Shown piece after piece: positions 51,198 through 60,736 of a stretch of DNA of 64,000 nucleotides. The notes under the pieces were generated by a model. That model saw nothing but the letters and a program-made list of their open reading frames with translations, made no database searches and was not told the origin of the DNA. Origin of the DNA: Minisyncoccota bacterium (lineage in GTDB: Bacteria > Patescibacteriota > Minisyncoccia > UBA6257 > 2-01-FULL-56-20); NCBI GenBank assembly GCA_035541435.1, contig DATKNL010000010.1, forward strand, positions 94,477 through 158,476, read 5' to 3'. The first letter of the stretch is position 1; every line of letters begins with the position of its first letter. A program made the translations under genes and the position numbers.

Positions 51198-51941
51198 CTA
51201 CGCGGCCGCGAACCGTTCGAACCCGCTCGTCATGACGGCCTGCCGGTCGTTCCGGATCATGTAGGTTTCGAATCCGGGCAGCGATTCGACGAACGCTGCG
51301 GCATCGGTGCCCATGGCAAACGCCGCCGTCGCGATCCGGTCGGCCTCATAGACGTTCGGGCCGATGACTGTGAGGCTTGCGATGTCCTCGGCGGGTTTTC
51401 GCGTCAGGGGATTATAGATGTGCGGGCCCCTGACATAGGTACCCGAGGTCGCGACGCCTTCGCCGGTCACCTTCACTATTTTGACATGTTCATCCTGGTT
51501 CCAGGGATTCTTGATGCCGACGCTCCACGATTCGCCTTCGGCATTCCGGCCGTGGGGCTGGATGTCGCCCCCGGCGTCGACATAGAAATCTGCAAATCCG
51601 GCCTTGAGGATGAGCTGGGCCGCGTTCCATATGGACCAGCCTTTCACGAGTCCCGAGGGATCGAGCCTGCCTTCGGGCGTGCGGATGTCGAAGAATCCCC
51701 GTGTGAGCTGCTTCGTCTCTTCGGAAAGCATGAGCACGAGCCGCATCTCGGGGCTCGCATCTTCGGGCGCGAGGCGTCCGCTGTTGATCGCGCTGATCTC
51801 GCTCGTCTCTTTATAGGTGCTGAATGTCTCGTCGATATGCGTGAAATAATCGAACACGCGGTCGAAGATTTTTTCGCCCGCGCGGGGATCGGCGATTTCG
51901 AGTGAGATGGGCATGCCCATGAGGAATCGTGTCTGTTTCAT
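51198..51941 (-). CDS. apbE: FAD:protein FMN transferase
   Basis: MGMP, FSTYK.SEIS, LDPSGLVKGW, AGGD, VATSGTYVRG.HI, AD..ATA. Confidence 0.9.
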   Translation of the reverse strand: MKQTRFLMGMPISLEIADPRAGEKIFDRVFDYFTHIDETFSTYKETSEISAINSGRLAPEDASPEMRLVLMLSEETKQLTRGFFDIRTPEGRLDPSGLVKGWSIWNAAQLILKAGFADFYVDAGGDIQPHGRNAEGESWSVGIKNPWNQDEHVKIVKVTGEGVATSGTYVRGPHIYNPLTRKPAEDIASLTVIGPNVYEADRIATAAFAMGTDAAAFVESLPGFETYMIRNDRQAVMTSGFERFAAA

Positions 51942-51983
51942 GGGTGGGATCGCTCACGGCTCGCGCCGGCCGGCGCCGATAGG

Positions 51984-52529
51984 TCAGACTTTCGCCTGGG
52001 CGAGCGCCGAAGCGAGCGACTGCTGGAACGCCTGACTGTCCTGGGTTGCGCCCGAGACGATGTCGACCGTCGCGCTCTGGGCGGTGATGGCTTCCTGCTT
52101 GAGCTGCGGCAGCGCTTCGCGTGAAACTTCGGCCGTATGCCCGGGGTCGTTCGGATATTGCAGGAACTTCACGTCGGTCAGCTTGCCGCCGCTTATGACG
52201 GCCGAGACCTGGATGGTTCCATAGAACGCGTCGGCAGCCGTTCCGGTGTATGTTCCATTCTTATAGAGGCTGGTCGTTCCGGAGCCTGAGCCCGATCCAG
52301 ACCCGGTGCCGCCGGTGCCGGTGCCAGTGCCGCTTCCGCTACCGGTCCCCGTTGTTCCGGTTCCCGATGACGTTGCACCGCTGCCGCTGCCGGAAGGCGT
52401 CGGCGTGCTTGAGGGCTGACCGCCGCCGGTTGTCGCGACGTTGCTATTCCGTTGCGATGAGAAGATGGCATATCCCGCAATGACGACGACGGCGATGATG
52501 GCCAGAACGTATTTCCAGGCGTTTTTCAT
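51984..52529 (-). CDS. Membrane-anchored FMN-binding protein
   Basis: TM, G/S/T linker, YKNGTYTG, flavinylation motif DIVSGAT. Confidence 0.9.
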   Translation of the reverse strand: MKNAWKYVLAIIAVVVIAGYAIFSSQRNSNVATTGGGQPSSTPTPSGSGSGATSSGTGTTGTGSGSGTGTGTGGTGSGSGSGSGTTSLYKNGTYTGTAADAFYGTIQVSAVISGGKLTDVKFLQYPNDPGHTAEVSREALPQLKQEAITAQSATVDIVSGATQDSQAFQQSLASALAQAKV

Positions 52530-52643
52530 GGGGTTTGATCGTGATGCGACGTTTCGACGTCCTTATAATACGGCGGACGGACGAGTTTTGGTTCTCGTAA
52601 GGGATTATAGCAGATCGATGCGGAGTTCTCTATAATGAGAGCC

Positions 52644-54617
52644 ATGCAGCAGCAACCGGGTCCCGCCATCGACCCCGCCGCGCTCGACCATTCCGTCAAG
52701 CCGTCGGACGACTTCTTTCATTATGTGAACAGTTCCTGGATCGCCTCGCATCCCATTCCGCCGACCGAGGCGCGATGGGGGTCGTTCTATGTGCTTCGCG
52801 TCGAAGTCGAAGAGCAGTTGAAGAAGATCTTCGAGGAGCTCGCGTCGATGCCCGCCGACAAGCTTGGCGAGGAAGGGCGCAAGGTGAGGGATTTCTATGC
52901 GAGCGGCATGGATGTCGAAAAGCTGAATGCGGTAAAGGACGGGGCCCTGGGGACCGTCATGCAGGAAGTGAACGGCATCGCGAACCTGAGCGATCTCGTG
53001 AGGGTCGTCGCGTTCCTGCATCACCGCGGCATTCGCGCGTGGTGGAACTGGAGCGCCGAACCCGACGCCAAGGCGAGCGACGTCATGGCGCTCTATCTTT
53101 CCCAGAGCGGGCTCAGCCTTCCCGACAGGGATTACTATCTGAAGGACGACGAGAAGAGCGCCGAGATCCGGAAAAAATATGCCGACTATGCGGCGGGTCT
53201 TGCCGGGATGTCGGAATGGATGGCCGCGGACGGTCCGTTCCTCAAGCCGATCCGCGACATCGAGACGGAACTCGCCAAGGCGTCGATGACGCGGGTCGAA
53301 TTGCGCGACATCGAGAAGCAGTACAACAAGATGTCGCCCGCCGAGCTCGCGGCCATCACCCCGCACGTGGACTGGGGGACGTATTGGGCCGAGATCGGCA
53401 TTGCGCCGCCGCCCTATGTCATTGTGTGCCAGCCGGAGTTCATGAAGGCGACCGACCGCATCCTTGCCGAAACGCCCATCGAGACCCTGAAGGCCTATCT
53501 GCGTTGGCATGTGCTCAACAATCTCGCCGGTTTTCTCGGTGAGGAATTCGAGAAGCGCCCGTTCGATTTCTATGCGCGCACGTTCGGGGGCGCGACCGAA
53601 ATGAAGCCGCGGTGGCGGCGCGTGTCGGGCATGGTGAACTCCCTGCTTGATCATGCCGTCGGCCGGCTGTACGTCGAGCGGTATTTCAGCCCCGAAGCCA
53701 AGGCGCGCATCGGCGCCCTCGTCGACCACCTCACCGAAGCCTATCGCACCCGCATCAGGAATCTCGACTGGATGAGCGACGAGACCAAGAAGAAGGCTTT
53801 GGGGAAGCTCGACATGGTTGCGCGCAAACTCGGCTTCCCTGAGCCGTGGAAGGACATCGCCGCGATGACGATCGGGCCGGATTCATATGTCGAAAATTAC
53901 ATGCGCGCCAACATGTTCGAAAGCGACCGCATGTCGCAGAAGGTGGGCAAGCCCGTCGATCGAACCGAGTGGTATATGTCGCCCCAGACCGTGAACGCCT
54001 ATTATTCGCAGCTCATGAACGACATCGTGTTCCCCGCCGCCATCCTGCAGCCGCCCTTCTTCTATCCCGAAGGCGACGACGGCGTGAATTTCGGAGGGAT
54101 CGGCAGCGTGATCGGCCACGAGCTCACGCATGGGTTTGACGACAAAGGATCGCTCTTCGACGGCAAGGGCAACCTGCTTCATTGGTGGACGCCGCAAGAC
54201 CGCGAGCGGTTCGAGAAGAAGGCCGCGATGCTTGCCGAGCAGTTCGACCGTTATGAGCCCCTGCCGGGACTTCATGTAAACGGCAAGCTGACCCTCGGCG
54301 AGAACATCGCCGACCTCGGAGGGCTGCTCATCGCCTATGACGGGCTCATGCTTGCGCTTCGGGACAATCCCGCCGCCAACGTCGCGATCGACGGCCTCAC
54401 GCCCGTACAGCGGTTTTTCATCAACTATGCGATCACCGAGCGCTCAAGCGTCCGCGAGGAAAGCCTGCGTTCGCAGATCCAGACCGATCCGCATTCGCCC
54501 TCGGAATACCGGGTGAACGGACCGCTTTCGAACATGACGGCCTTTTATGAATCATTCGACTGCAAAAAGGGCGACGCCCTGTGGCGCGATCCCGAAGACA
54601 GGGTCAATATCTGGTAG
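52644..54617 (+). CDS. M13 family metalloendopeptidase (PepO-like)
   Basis: VNAYY, FPAAILQPPFF, GHELTHGFDD, GENIAD, DPHSP; start placed 7 nt after TATAAT. Confidence 0.95.
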   Translation: MQQQPGPAIDPAALDHSVKPSDDFFHYVNSSWIASHPIPPTEARWGSFYVLRVEVEEQLKKIFEELASMPADKLGEEGRKVRDFYASGMDVEKLNAVKDGALGTVMQEVNGIANLSDLVRVVAFLHHRGIRAWWNWSAEPDAKASDVMALYLSQSGLSLPDRDYYLKDDEKSAEIRKKYADYAAGLAGMSEWMAADGPFLKPIRDIETELAKASMTRVELRDIEKQYNKMSPAELAAITPHVDWGTYWAEIGIAPPPYVIVCQPEFMKATDRILAETPIETLKAYLRWHVLNNLAGFLGEEFEKRPFDFYARTFGGATEMKPRWRRVSGMVNSLLDHAVGRLYVERYFSPEAKARIGALVDHLTEAYRTRIRNLDWMSDETKKKALGKLDMVARKLGFPEPWKDIAAMTIGPDSYVENYMRANMFESDRMSQKVGKPVDRTEWYMSPQTVNAYYSQLMNDIVFPAAILQPPFFYPEGDDGVNFGGIGSVIGHELTHGFDDKGSLFDGKGNLLHWWTPQDRERFEKKAAMLAEQFDRYEPLPGLHVNGKLTLGENIADLGGLLIAYDGLMLALRDNPAANVAIDGLTPVQRFFINYAITERSSVREESLRSQIQTDPHSPSEYRVNGPLSNMTAFYESFDCKKGDALWRDPEDRVNIW

Positions 54618-54716
54618 CGTTGAACGGACGGACGGCCGACCGCGGATTTCTTTAAGGGAAATTTAATGAGGGATATGGACAATGGTTAGGGTCGACCATT
54701 AACCAATCCTTTTCAT

Positions 54717-55829
54717 ATGAAACGGTTCTTCGCCGCCCTGGCGGCACTCGTGGTTTTCGCTGCCGCAACGCCGTTCGCAAAGGCCGATTATCATTTCGCC
54801 GACTTCATGGGATCGCCGCCGATCCACGTGTTCAGGTCGGCGCAGAAGACGCCCGTGGGGCTCACTCCGCTCGAGGTGAAGCATATCTATCATCTGCCAC
54901 TTGCGGGCGGGGCGAGCAGCACGATCGTCCTCATCGAGGCCTACGACGATCCGACCGTTGAGGCGGACCTCGCTTCGTTCGACGATGCCTTCGGATTGCC
55001 CGCATGCACGTCCAAGAACGGATGTTTCGAGAAGCACGTCATGGCCGCCGGTTTGAAAACCGATGCCGGATGGGCGCTCGAGACCGCCCTCGATGTCGAA
55101 TGGGCCCATGCGATCGCGCCGCAGGCGAAGATCCTCGTGATCGAAGCCAAGACCCAGAGCGGCGCAAACCTATTGAGGGCGGTTGACTATGCAGCGGCGC
55201 GGAGCGACGTGACCGCGGTATCGATGAGCTGGGGTGGCCGTGAGTTCCGCGAAGAGACGTCCCTCGACAATCATTTCGTCGGCAGCCATCCCGAGGCGTT
55301 TTTCGCTGCCGCCGGGGATCGGGGAGCGGGGGCGAGCTGGCCCGCCGCATCGCCGAACGTGATCGGGGTCGGCGGCACATCGCTCGAGATCCTGAAGGAC
55401 GGCACGCTGGTTTCGGAATCGGCGTGGGAAGGGAGCGGAGGCGGCGTGAGCGCCTATGAGCCCGAAACGGGCTTCGAGCGCGCGTACGACATTCCGAAAG
55501 CCGGCGGCCACCGGGCGATTCCCGACGTCGCCTACGACGCCGATCCGAAGTCGGGATTCGCCGTCTATAGGTCGAGCGGCGCGTCGAAGAACGGTTGGTA
55601 TGTGGTCGGCGGCACCTCGGCCGGTGCGCCGCAATGGGCCGCGATCTTCGCCATCGGCCGTTCAGCGACGCTGAAGAATCTTTATACCGACAAAGCTTCC
55701 GCGAATCCGCTGAGTTACTTCAGGGATATCACGAGCGGCTCGAACGGGACGTGCCAATATTATTGCGATGCGCGCAAGCGATATGACTATGTGACCGGCC
55801 TCGGCGTACCGATCACGACGAAATTCTAA
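54717..55829 (+). CDS. Secreted S53 (sedolisin) peptidase
   Basis: Signal peptide, ETALDVEWAHAIAP, AAGD, GGTSA, YDYVTGLG. Confidence 0.9.
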   Translation: MKRFFAALAALVVFAAATPFAKADYHFADFMGSPPIHVFRSAQKTPVGLTPLEVKHIYHLPLAGGASSTIVLIEAYDDPTVEADLASFDDAFGLPACTSKNGCFEKHVMAAGLKTDAGWALETALDVEWAHAIAPQAKILVIEAKTQSGANLLRAVDYAAARSDVTAVSMSWGGREFREETSLDNHFVGSHPEAFFAAAGDRGAGASWPAASPNVIGVGGTSLEILKDGTLVSESAWEGSGGGVSAYEPETGFERAYDIPKAGGHRAIPDVAYDADPKSGFAVYRSSGASKNGWYVVGGTSAGAPQWAAIFAIGRSATLKNLYTDKASANPLSYFRDITSGSNGTCQYYCDARKRYDYVTGLGVPITTKF

Positions 55830-55861
55830 ATGTTAAAAAATCATTAAAGCATCATTGACCT

Positions 55862-56338
55862 ATGGACCTCTTGGAATACGATGACGAGATGACGGGTGAG
55901 ATCATGGATGCGATAGAGAACCTGGCGCTCATGACCCAGCGCGAGTTCGTCGCTTTGCGTGCGGAGATGCAGGAATTCAAAGAGGACCTCAAGCTTGAGC
56001 TCAAGGCCGAGCTGAAGGCCGAGCTGCGGGCGGAGTTCAAGGCCGACATCAGGACCGAGCTGCGGCCGGAGCTCCTTGCCGAATTCCAGGCGGCCCTGAA
56101 TGCGCTGAAGGCCGAACTGCACGAGGAGCTCTATAGCGGATTCACAGTCCTGCGCAACAAGATTGATGGGGATATCGCGAGCCTGCGGCATGAGACGGCG
56201 CTCGGATTCGCGGGCATGAGGAGCGAGGCCGACGAGATTCGGCAGGAAATGAGGGTCGGATTTGCCGCCGTCAGCTCGATTCTGAGCGATCACGAATGCC
56301 GGACGGAACGGCTCGAGAAAAACACCGATTTTACCTGA
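55862..56338 (+). CDS. Hypothetical coiled-coil protein with ELKA tetrapeptide repeats
   Basis: ELKA-ELKA-ELRA-EFKA-DIRT-ELRP-ELLA-EFQA. Confidence 0.7.
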   Translation: MDLLEYDDEMTGEIMDAIENLALMTQREFVALRAEMQEFKEDLKLELKAELKAELRAEFKADIRTELRPELLAEFQAALNALKAELHEELYSGFTVLRNKIDGDIASLRHETALGFAGMRSEADEIRQEMRVGFAAVSSILSDHECRTERLEKNTDFT

Positions 56339-56410
56339 GGTTTAGGGCGTCGGAACCTTGCGGGGCTGGGTGGAAATATTGCGGGAAATCTGCTAAAATA
56401 GACCTATCGC

Positions 56411-58465
56411 ATGCCTCAGCAAACTTCGAAAAACCAGGGCAGCGCGTCATACGGTGCCAAGGATATCTATGTCCTTGAAGGGTTGGAGCCGGTCCGCAAG
56501 CGGCCGGGAATGTACATCGGTTCGACCGGATCGATCGGCCTGCATCACCTGATCTGGGAGGTCGTCGACAACTCGATCGACGAGGCGATGGCGGGCTTCG
56601 CGAAGAACGTCACCGTCGAGCTTTTGCCCGAGAACAAGGTGGCGGTCACCGACGACGGACGCGGCATTCCCGTCGAAGTCCACCCGCAGACCAAGAAGTC
56701 GACGCTCGAGACGGTGCTCACGACGCTTCACGCGGGCGGCAAGTTCGGCGGCGAGTCATACAAGGTGTCCGGCGGCCTTCACGGCGTCGGCGTTTCGGTC
56801 GTGAACGCGCTGTCGGAATGGACGAAAGTCGAAGTCGAGCGCGACGGCGGCATGTTCGTGCAGGAATACGAACGGGGCAAGCCGAAGTTCAAGGTCAAGA
56901 AGGTGGGCGCATCGAAGCGGCACGGCACCAAGGTGACGTTCTCGCCCGATCCGCAGATTTTTTCCGAGCTTGAATTCAACGACAAGACGATCATCGAGCA
57001 CCTGCGGCAGCAGGCCTATCTCACGAAGGGCGTCCGCCTCAACATCATCGACCGCCGGCCGAGCGTGCCGCTCTTCTATTCCTTCTATTTCGAAGGAGGC
57101 GTTTTGTCGTTCGTGAAGTTCCTCGCGCAGAAGAAGAACCAGCTTCACGAGGATATTTTCTATGTCGAGAAGGAGAATCAGAACATCGACATCGAATGCG
57201 CGTTCATGTACGTCGACGATACGCGGACGCAGGAAATGAGTTTTGCGAACAACATCTATACCCCCGAAGGCGGCATGCATCTCACCGGATTCCGTTCGGC
57301 GCTCACGCGCACGCTCAACAACTACGCGCGCGCCGAGGGCTATCTGAAAGAGAAAGAGGAAAACCTGACGAGCGACGACGTGCGCGAGGGCCAGATCGTG
57401 GTCCTTTCGGTAAAGCTGCGCGAGCCGCAGTTCGAAGGGCAGACGAAGGCCAAGCTCGGCAACCCTGAGGCGCGTACGGCGACCGAGGCGGTCATCAACG
57501 AGGCCCTCAAGGAGTTCCTCGAGAAGCATCCGTCCGAGGCCAGGGCGATCATCGCGAAGGTGATCCTCACCGCGAAGGCCCGCCTAGCCGCCCGGGCCGC
57601 GCGCGAGACCGTGCTGCGCAAGGGCGCGTTCGAAGGGCTGACGCTGCCGGGCAAGCTTGCGGACTGCACCTCGAAGAGCGCCGAAGAGTCCGAACTTTTC
57701 ATCGTGGAGGGGGACTCCGCCGGCGGAACGGCGAAGCAGGGGCGCAACCGCCACACCCAGGCCATCCTGCCGCTGCGTGGAAAGCCGCTCAACGTCGAGC
57801 GGGTGCATCTCGACAAGATGCTCGCGAACGCAGAGATCCGTTCGCTCGTCATCGCGATCGGCACCGCGATCGGCGAGGAATTCAACATGGAGAAGCTCCG
57901 CTATCACAAGATCGTCATCATGACCGATGCCGATGTCGATGGCGCGCACATCAGGACGCTGCTCCTCACGCTGTTCTATCGCCACTTCCGCGGCGTGGTT
58001 GACGGCGGCTATGTCTATATCGCCCAGCCGCCGCTCTATCGCATCCAGCTCGGCAAGGCCGTTCACTATGCGTTTTCGGATGCGGAACGCGACAAGATCA
58101 TCGCTGAGCTGCAGAAGGACGCGTCCGCGAAGGCCGCCGGCAAGGCCGCGAAGAAGAAGGCCGCCGAAACCGACATCGTGACCGAAGAGGACGAGGCGAG
58201 CGGCATCGAGGGCGAGGCCGCGGCGGTCGGCGGCGACGGCAAGCGGCAGCCGAACATCCAGCGCTACAAGGGTCTCGGCGAGATGAACGCCGAGCAGCTT
58301 TGGGAAACGACGATGAATCCCGAAAACCGCATCATGAAGCAGGTGACGATCGAGGACGCCGAGGCGGCCGACAAGCTGTTCGACATCCTCATGGGCGACG
58401 CCGTGGAGCCGCGCAAGAATTTCATTCAGGCGCACGCGGCGACGGTGCAGAACCTCGACATCTAG
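56411..58465 (+). CDS. gyrB: DNA gyrase subunit B
   Basis: PVRKRPGMYIG, LHAGGKF, VEGDSAGG, PLRGK, MTDADVDG, QRYKGLGEM. Confidence 0.98.
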   Translation: MPQQTSKNQGSASYGAKDIYVLEGLEPVRKRPGMYIGSTGSIGLHHLIWEVVDNSIDEAMAGFAKNVTVELLPENKVAVTDDGRGIPVEVHPQTKKSTLETVLTTLHAGGKFGGESYKVSGGLHGVGVSVVNALSEWTKVEVERDGGMFVQEYERGKPKFKVKKVGASKRHGTKVTFSPDPQIFSELEFNDKTIIEHLRQQAYLTKGVRLNIIDRRPSVPLFYSFYFEGGVLSFVKFLAQKKNQLHEDIFYVEKENQNIDIECAFMYVDDTRTQEMSFANNIYTPEGGMHLTGFRSALTRTLNNYARAEGYLKEKEENLTSDDVREGQIVVLSVKLREPQFEGQTKAKLGNPEARTATEAVINEALKEFLEKHPSEARAIIAKVILTAKARLAARAARETVLRKGAFEGLTLPGKLADCTSKSAEESELFIVEGDSAGGTAKQGRNRHTQAILPLRGKPLNVERVHLDKMLANAEIRSLVIAIGTAIGEEFNMEKLRYHKIVIMTDADVDGAHIRTLLLTLFYRHFRGVVDGGYVYIAQPPLYRIQLGKAVHYAFSDAERDKIIAELQKDASAKAAGKAAKKKAAETDIVTEEDEASGIEGEAAAVGGDGKRQPNIQRYKGLGEMNAEQLWETTMNPENRIMKQVTIEDAEAADKLFDILMGDAVEPRKNFIQAHAATVQNLDI

Positions 58466-58481
58466 CTTTTTGCCGGGGTTC

Positions 58482-58550
58482 TCAGGACCGGTGTCGCGCC
58501 GTGCTCGGCGCGCACCTGTCTCGCGACCGCCTGCGCGGTGGCCGCCTTGA
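58482..58550. repeat. Divergent copy of the two-hairpin module
   Basis: GGTGT-CGCGCCG-TGCT-CGGCGCG-CACC then TCTCG..CCGC-CTGC-GCGG. Confidence 0.55.
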
Positions 58551-58668
58551 CTCAGTGTTCCATCCGTATTAAGCTAGTCTCATCTCCGAACCGCGAGTAT
58601 AGCGGTCTTTTATTTATAAAGGACATTGCGGATCGCGGCTTCCTGGGGTATAATCAACTTCTCAAACC

Positions 58669-58860
58669 ATGTTCGATCGCATCAAACGGTTTTTCGACGA
58701 GGCACGTCATGAGTTCCGCCACGTGAACTGGCCGACGCAGCAGGAGGCGATCCGCCTCACGGGCGTCGTGATCGGCATCTCGCTCGGCCTCGCCGTGTTC
58801 CTCGGCGCGTGCGACTATCTCTTCACCTACGTCATCCGCACGATCGTCATCAAGGCCTAA
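58669..58860 (+). CDS. secE: Preprotein translocase subunit SecE
   Basis: EFRHVNWPT, single TM, upstream of nusG. Confidence 0.92.
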   Translation: MFDRIKRFFDEARHEFRHVNWPTQQEAIRLTGVVIGISLGLAVFLGACDYLFTYVIRTIVIKA

Positions 58861-58871
58861 CACCAACCACC

Positions 58872-59444
58872 ATGGCTCTTACCGGTCCGCGCTCCGGCGC
58901 TCCCAGTGAAAAATCGCATACGAGGCAGTGGTACGCCGTCCAGACCTATTCGGGCTACGAAGAGGCCGTCGCGCGTTACCTGAAGCAGCGCGTCGAATCG
59001 CTCACGATGGGCGATAAGATCTTCAACGTGCTCGTGCCGAAAGAGAAGACGGTCAAGGTGAAGGGCGGCAAGCGCCAGACGATCGAAGAGAAGATCTATC
59101 CGGGATACGTGCTTGTCGAGATGATCCTCACCGAGGATTCGTGGTACGTTGTCCGCAACACGCCGCGCGTGACCGGCTTCGTCGGTCCCGACAACACGAC
59201 CCCGACCCCGCTTTCGAAGGAGGAGGTCGACGTGCTGCTCGCCCGCACGGGCCGCGACGAGAGCAAGATGCAGCTTGACCTTAAGGTCGGTGATCTGGTA
59301 AAAATAACCGACGGTCCGTTCAAGGAATATGACGGCAAAGTCGCCGAAGTGAACGAGGAGCGCGGCAGCGTGAAGGTGCTCGTCCCGATCTTCGGCCGCG
59401 ATACCGCCGTCGAGCTTGATTCCCTGCAGGTCCGCAAAGTCTAA
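58872..59444 (+). CDS. nusG: Transcription factor NusG
   Basis: WYAVQTYSGYE, YPGYVLVEM, VRNTPRVTGF, KOW motif DGPF. Confidence 0.97.
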   Translation: MALTGPRSGAPSEKSHTRQWYAVQTYSGYEEAVARYLKQRVESLTMGDKIFNVLVPKEKTVKVKGGKRQTIEEKIYPGYVLVEMILTEDSWYVVRNTPRVTGFVGPDNTTPTPLSKEEVDVLLARTGRDESKMQLDLKVGDLVKITDGPFKEYDGKVAEVNEERGSVKVLVPIFGRDTAVELDSLQVRKV

Positions 59445-59459
59445 CGATCCATCATCACC

Positions 59460-59663
59460 ATGAGCCAACAGTGCTTTTTCTGCTCGCAGAACCTCAAGAA
59501 CATCGATTATAAGGAGATCGAACTCCTGCGGCGTTTCGTTTCGAGCCAGGCGAAGATCATCGATCCGCGCCACACGAGCGTCTGCGCGAAGCATCAGCGC
59601 AAGCTTTCGCTCGCCGTGAAGCGCGCGCGCTTCATGGGGCTCCTCCCGTACGTGAGGAAATAA
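59460..59663 (+). CDS. rpsR: 30S ribosomal protein S18 (Zn-binding form)
   Basis: CFFC, IDYK, CAKHQR, KRARFMGLLPY. Confidence 0.95.
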   Translation: MSQQCFFCSQNLKNIDYKEIELLRRFVSSQAKIIDPRHTSVCAKHQRKLSLAVKRARFMGLLPYVRK

Positions 59664-59683
59664 CCGCGACCGCGCAGCTTTTG

Positions 59684-59712
59684 AAAACCACGGCTCCGGC
59701 CGTGGTTTTTTT
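59684..59712 (+). terminator. Terminator after rpsR
   Basis: AAAACCACGG-CTCCGG-CCGTGGTTTT. Confidence 0.8.
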
Positions 59713-59769
59713 CGCTCAAGCGGGCGATGCGCCCGCTTTTAGCGCCCGCCTGATCTGCGGTACAATGAG

Positions 59770-60342
59770 ATGACCATGTCCTTCAATCAGTCTGTTTTTC
59801 TTTTCGTGCATCACCTCGCCGGCCGGAGCGGATGGATCGACGGCGTCGGCGTCTTCTTCGCCGACTGGCTTCCTTACCTGCTCGCCGCGGGATTCGTCGT
59901 GTTCGTGCTCGGGCAGAAGGGATGGCGGCAGCGCTTCTATCTTTTCGCCGAAGGCGCCCTTGCGGTCATCGTGGCGCGCGGGCTCGTGACGGAAACGATC
60001 CATCTTCTCTATCACGAGGAGCGGCCGTTCTCGTTCTATCATTTCGCGCCCCTGGTTCCCGGGATCGGCTGGTCGTTCCCGTCCGCGCATGCCGCCGCGT
60101 TCTTCGCGCTTGCGACCATGCTCTGGTATTTCAACCGCCGCTGGGGCGTCTGGTATTTCGCATTCGCCGTCATGAACGGGGTCGCGCGCGTCTACGCGGG
60201 CGTCCATTGGCCGCTCGACATCGTGGGAGGCGTCGCCGTCGGAGTCCTGTCAGCGATGGCCGTGCATGCGGCCCTCAAGGCGAGCCGCCAGGCGCTCGAG
60301 CATTCCGTGGGTCACGCTTTCGATAACTCTGCCGTGCAATAA
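59770..60342 (+). CDS. PAP2 family phosphatase
   Basis: RPF, SFPSAH, ARVYAGVHWPLD. Confidence 0.9.
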   Translation: MTMSFNQSVFLFVHHLAGRSGWIDGVGVFFADWLPYLLAAGFVVFVLGQKGWRQRFYLFAEGALAVIVARGLVTETIHLLYHEERPFSFYHFAPLVPGIGWSFPSAHAAAFFALATMLWYFNRRWGVWYFAFAVMNGVARVYAGVHWPLDIVGGVAVGVLSAMAVHAALKASRQALEHSVGHAFDNSAVQ

Positions 60343-60716
60343 GGACAGCGCCGCGCCCGGAGGGGGATCGTGCTCGTGCATTCCGGGCATTCCTTCGTCG
60401 TCGCCTCGGGCGGCGGTCCCTTGCGGATGCGGTCGTTCAGCTTGTTGACCGGCAGGACGACGAAGAAATAGATGGTTGCGGCGAGGATGAGGAACGAGAT
60501 GACGTTGTTCAGGAAGTCGCCATAGGCGAACTGGCTTCCGTGAACGGTGAACGTAAGGTCGCTGAAATTCGGCTGGGTTGCGATCGCGGCGATGAGCGGC
60601 GTGAGCAGGTCCTTCACGAGCGCGGTCACCACGCCGTTGAACGCGGCGCCGATCATGATGCCGACCGCGAGGTCGATCACGTTGCCGCGCAAAATGAACT
60701 GCCGGAATCCTTTCAT
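60312..60716 (-). CDS. mscL: Large-conductance mechanosensitive channel with C-terminal Zn ribbon
   Basis: FILRGNVIDLAVG, YGDFL; CPEC...CPYC tail. Confidence 0.93.
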   Translation of the reverse strand: MKGFRQFILRGNVIDLAVGIMIGAAFNGVVTALVKDLLTPLIAAIATQPNFSDLTFTVHGSQFAYGDFLNNVISFLILAATIYFFVVLPVNKLNDRIRKGPPPEATTKECPECTSTIPLRARRCPYCTAELSKA

Positions 60717-60736
60717 GGATTCAGTATATCAGACCG

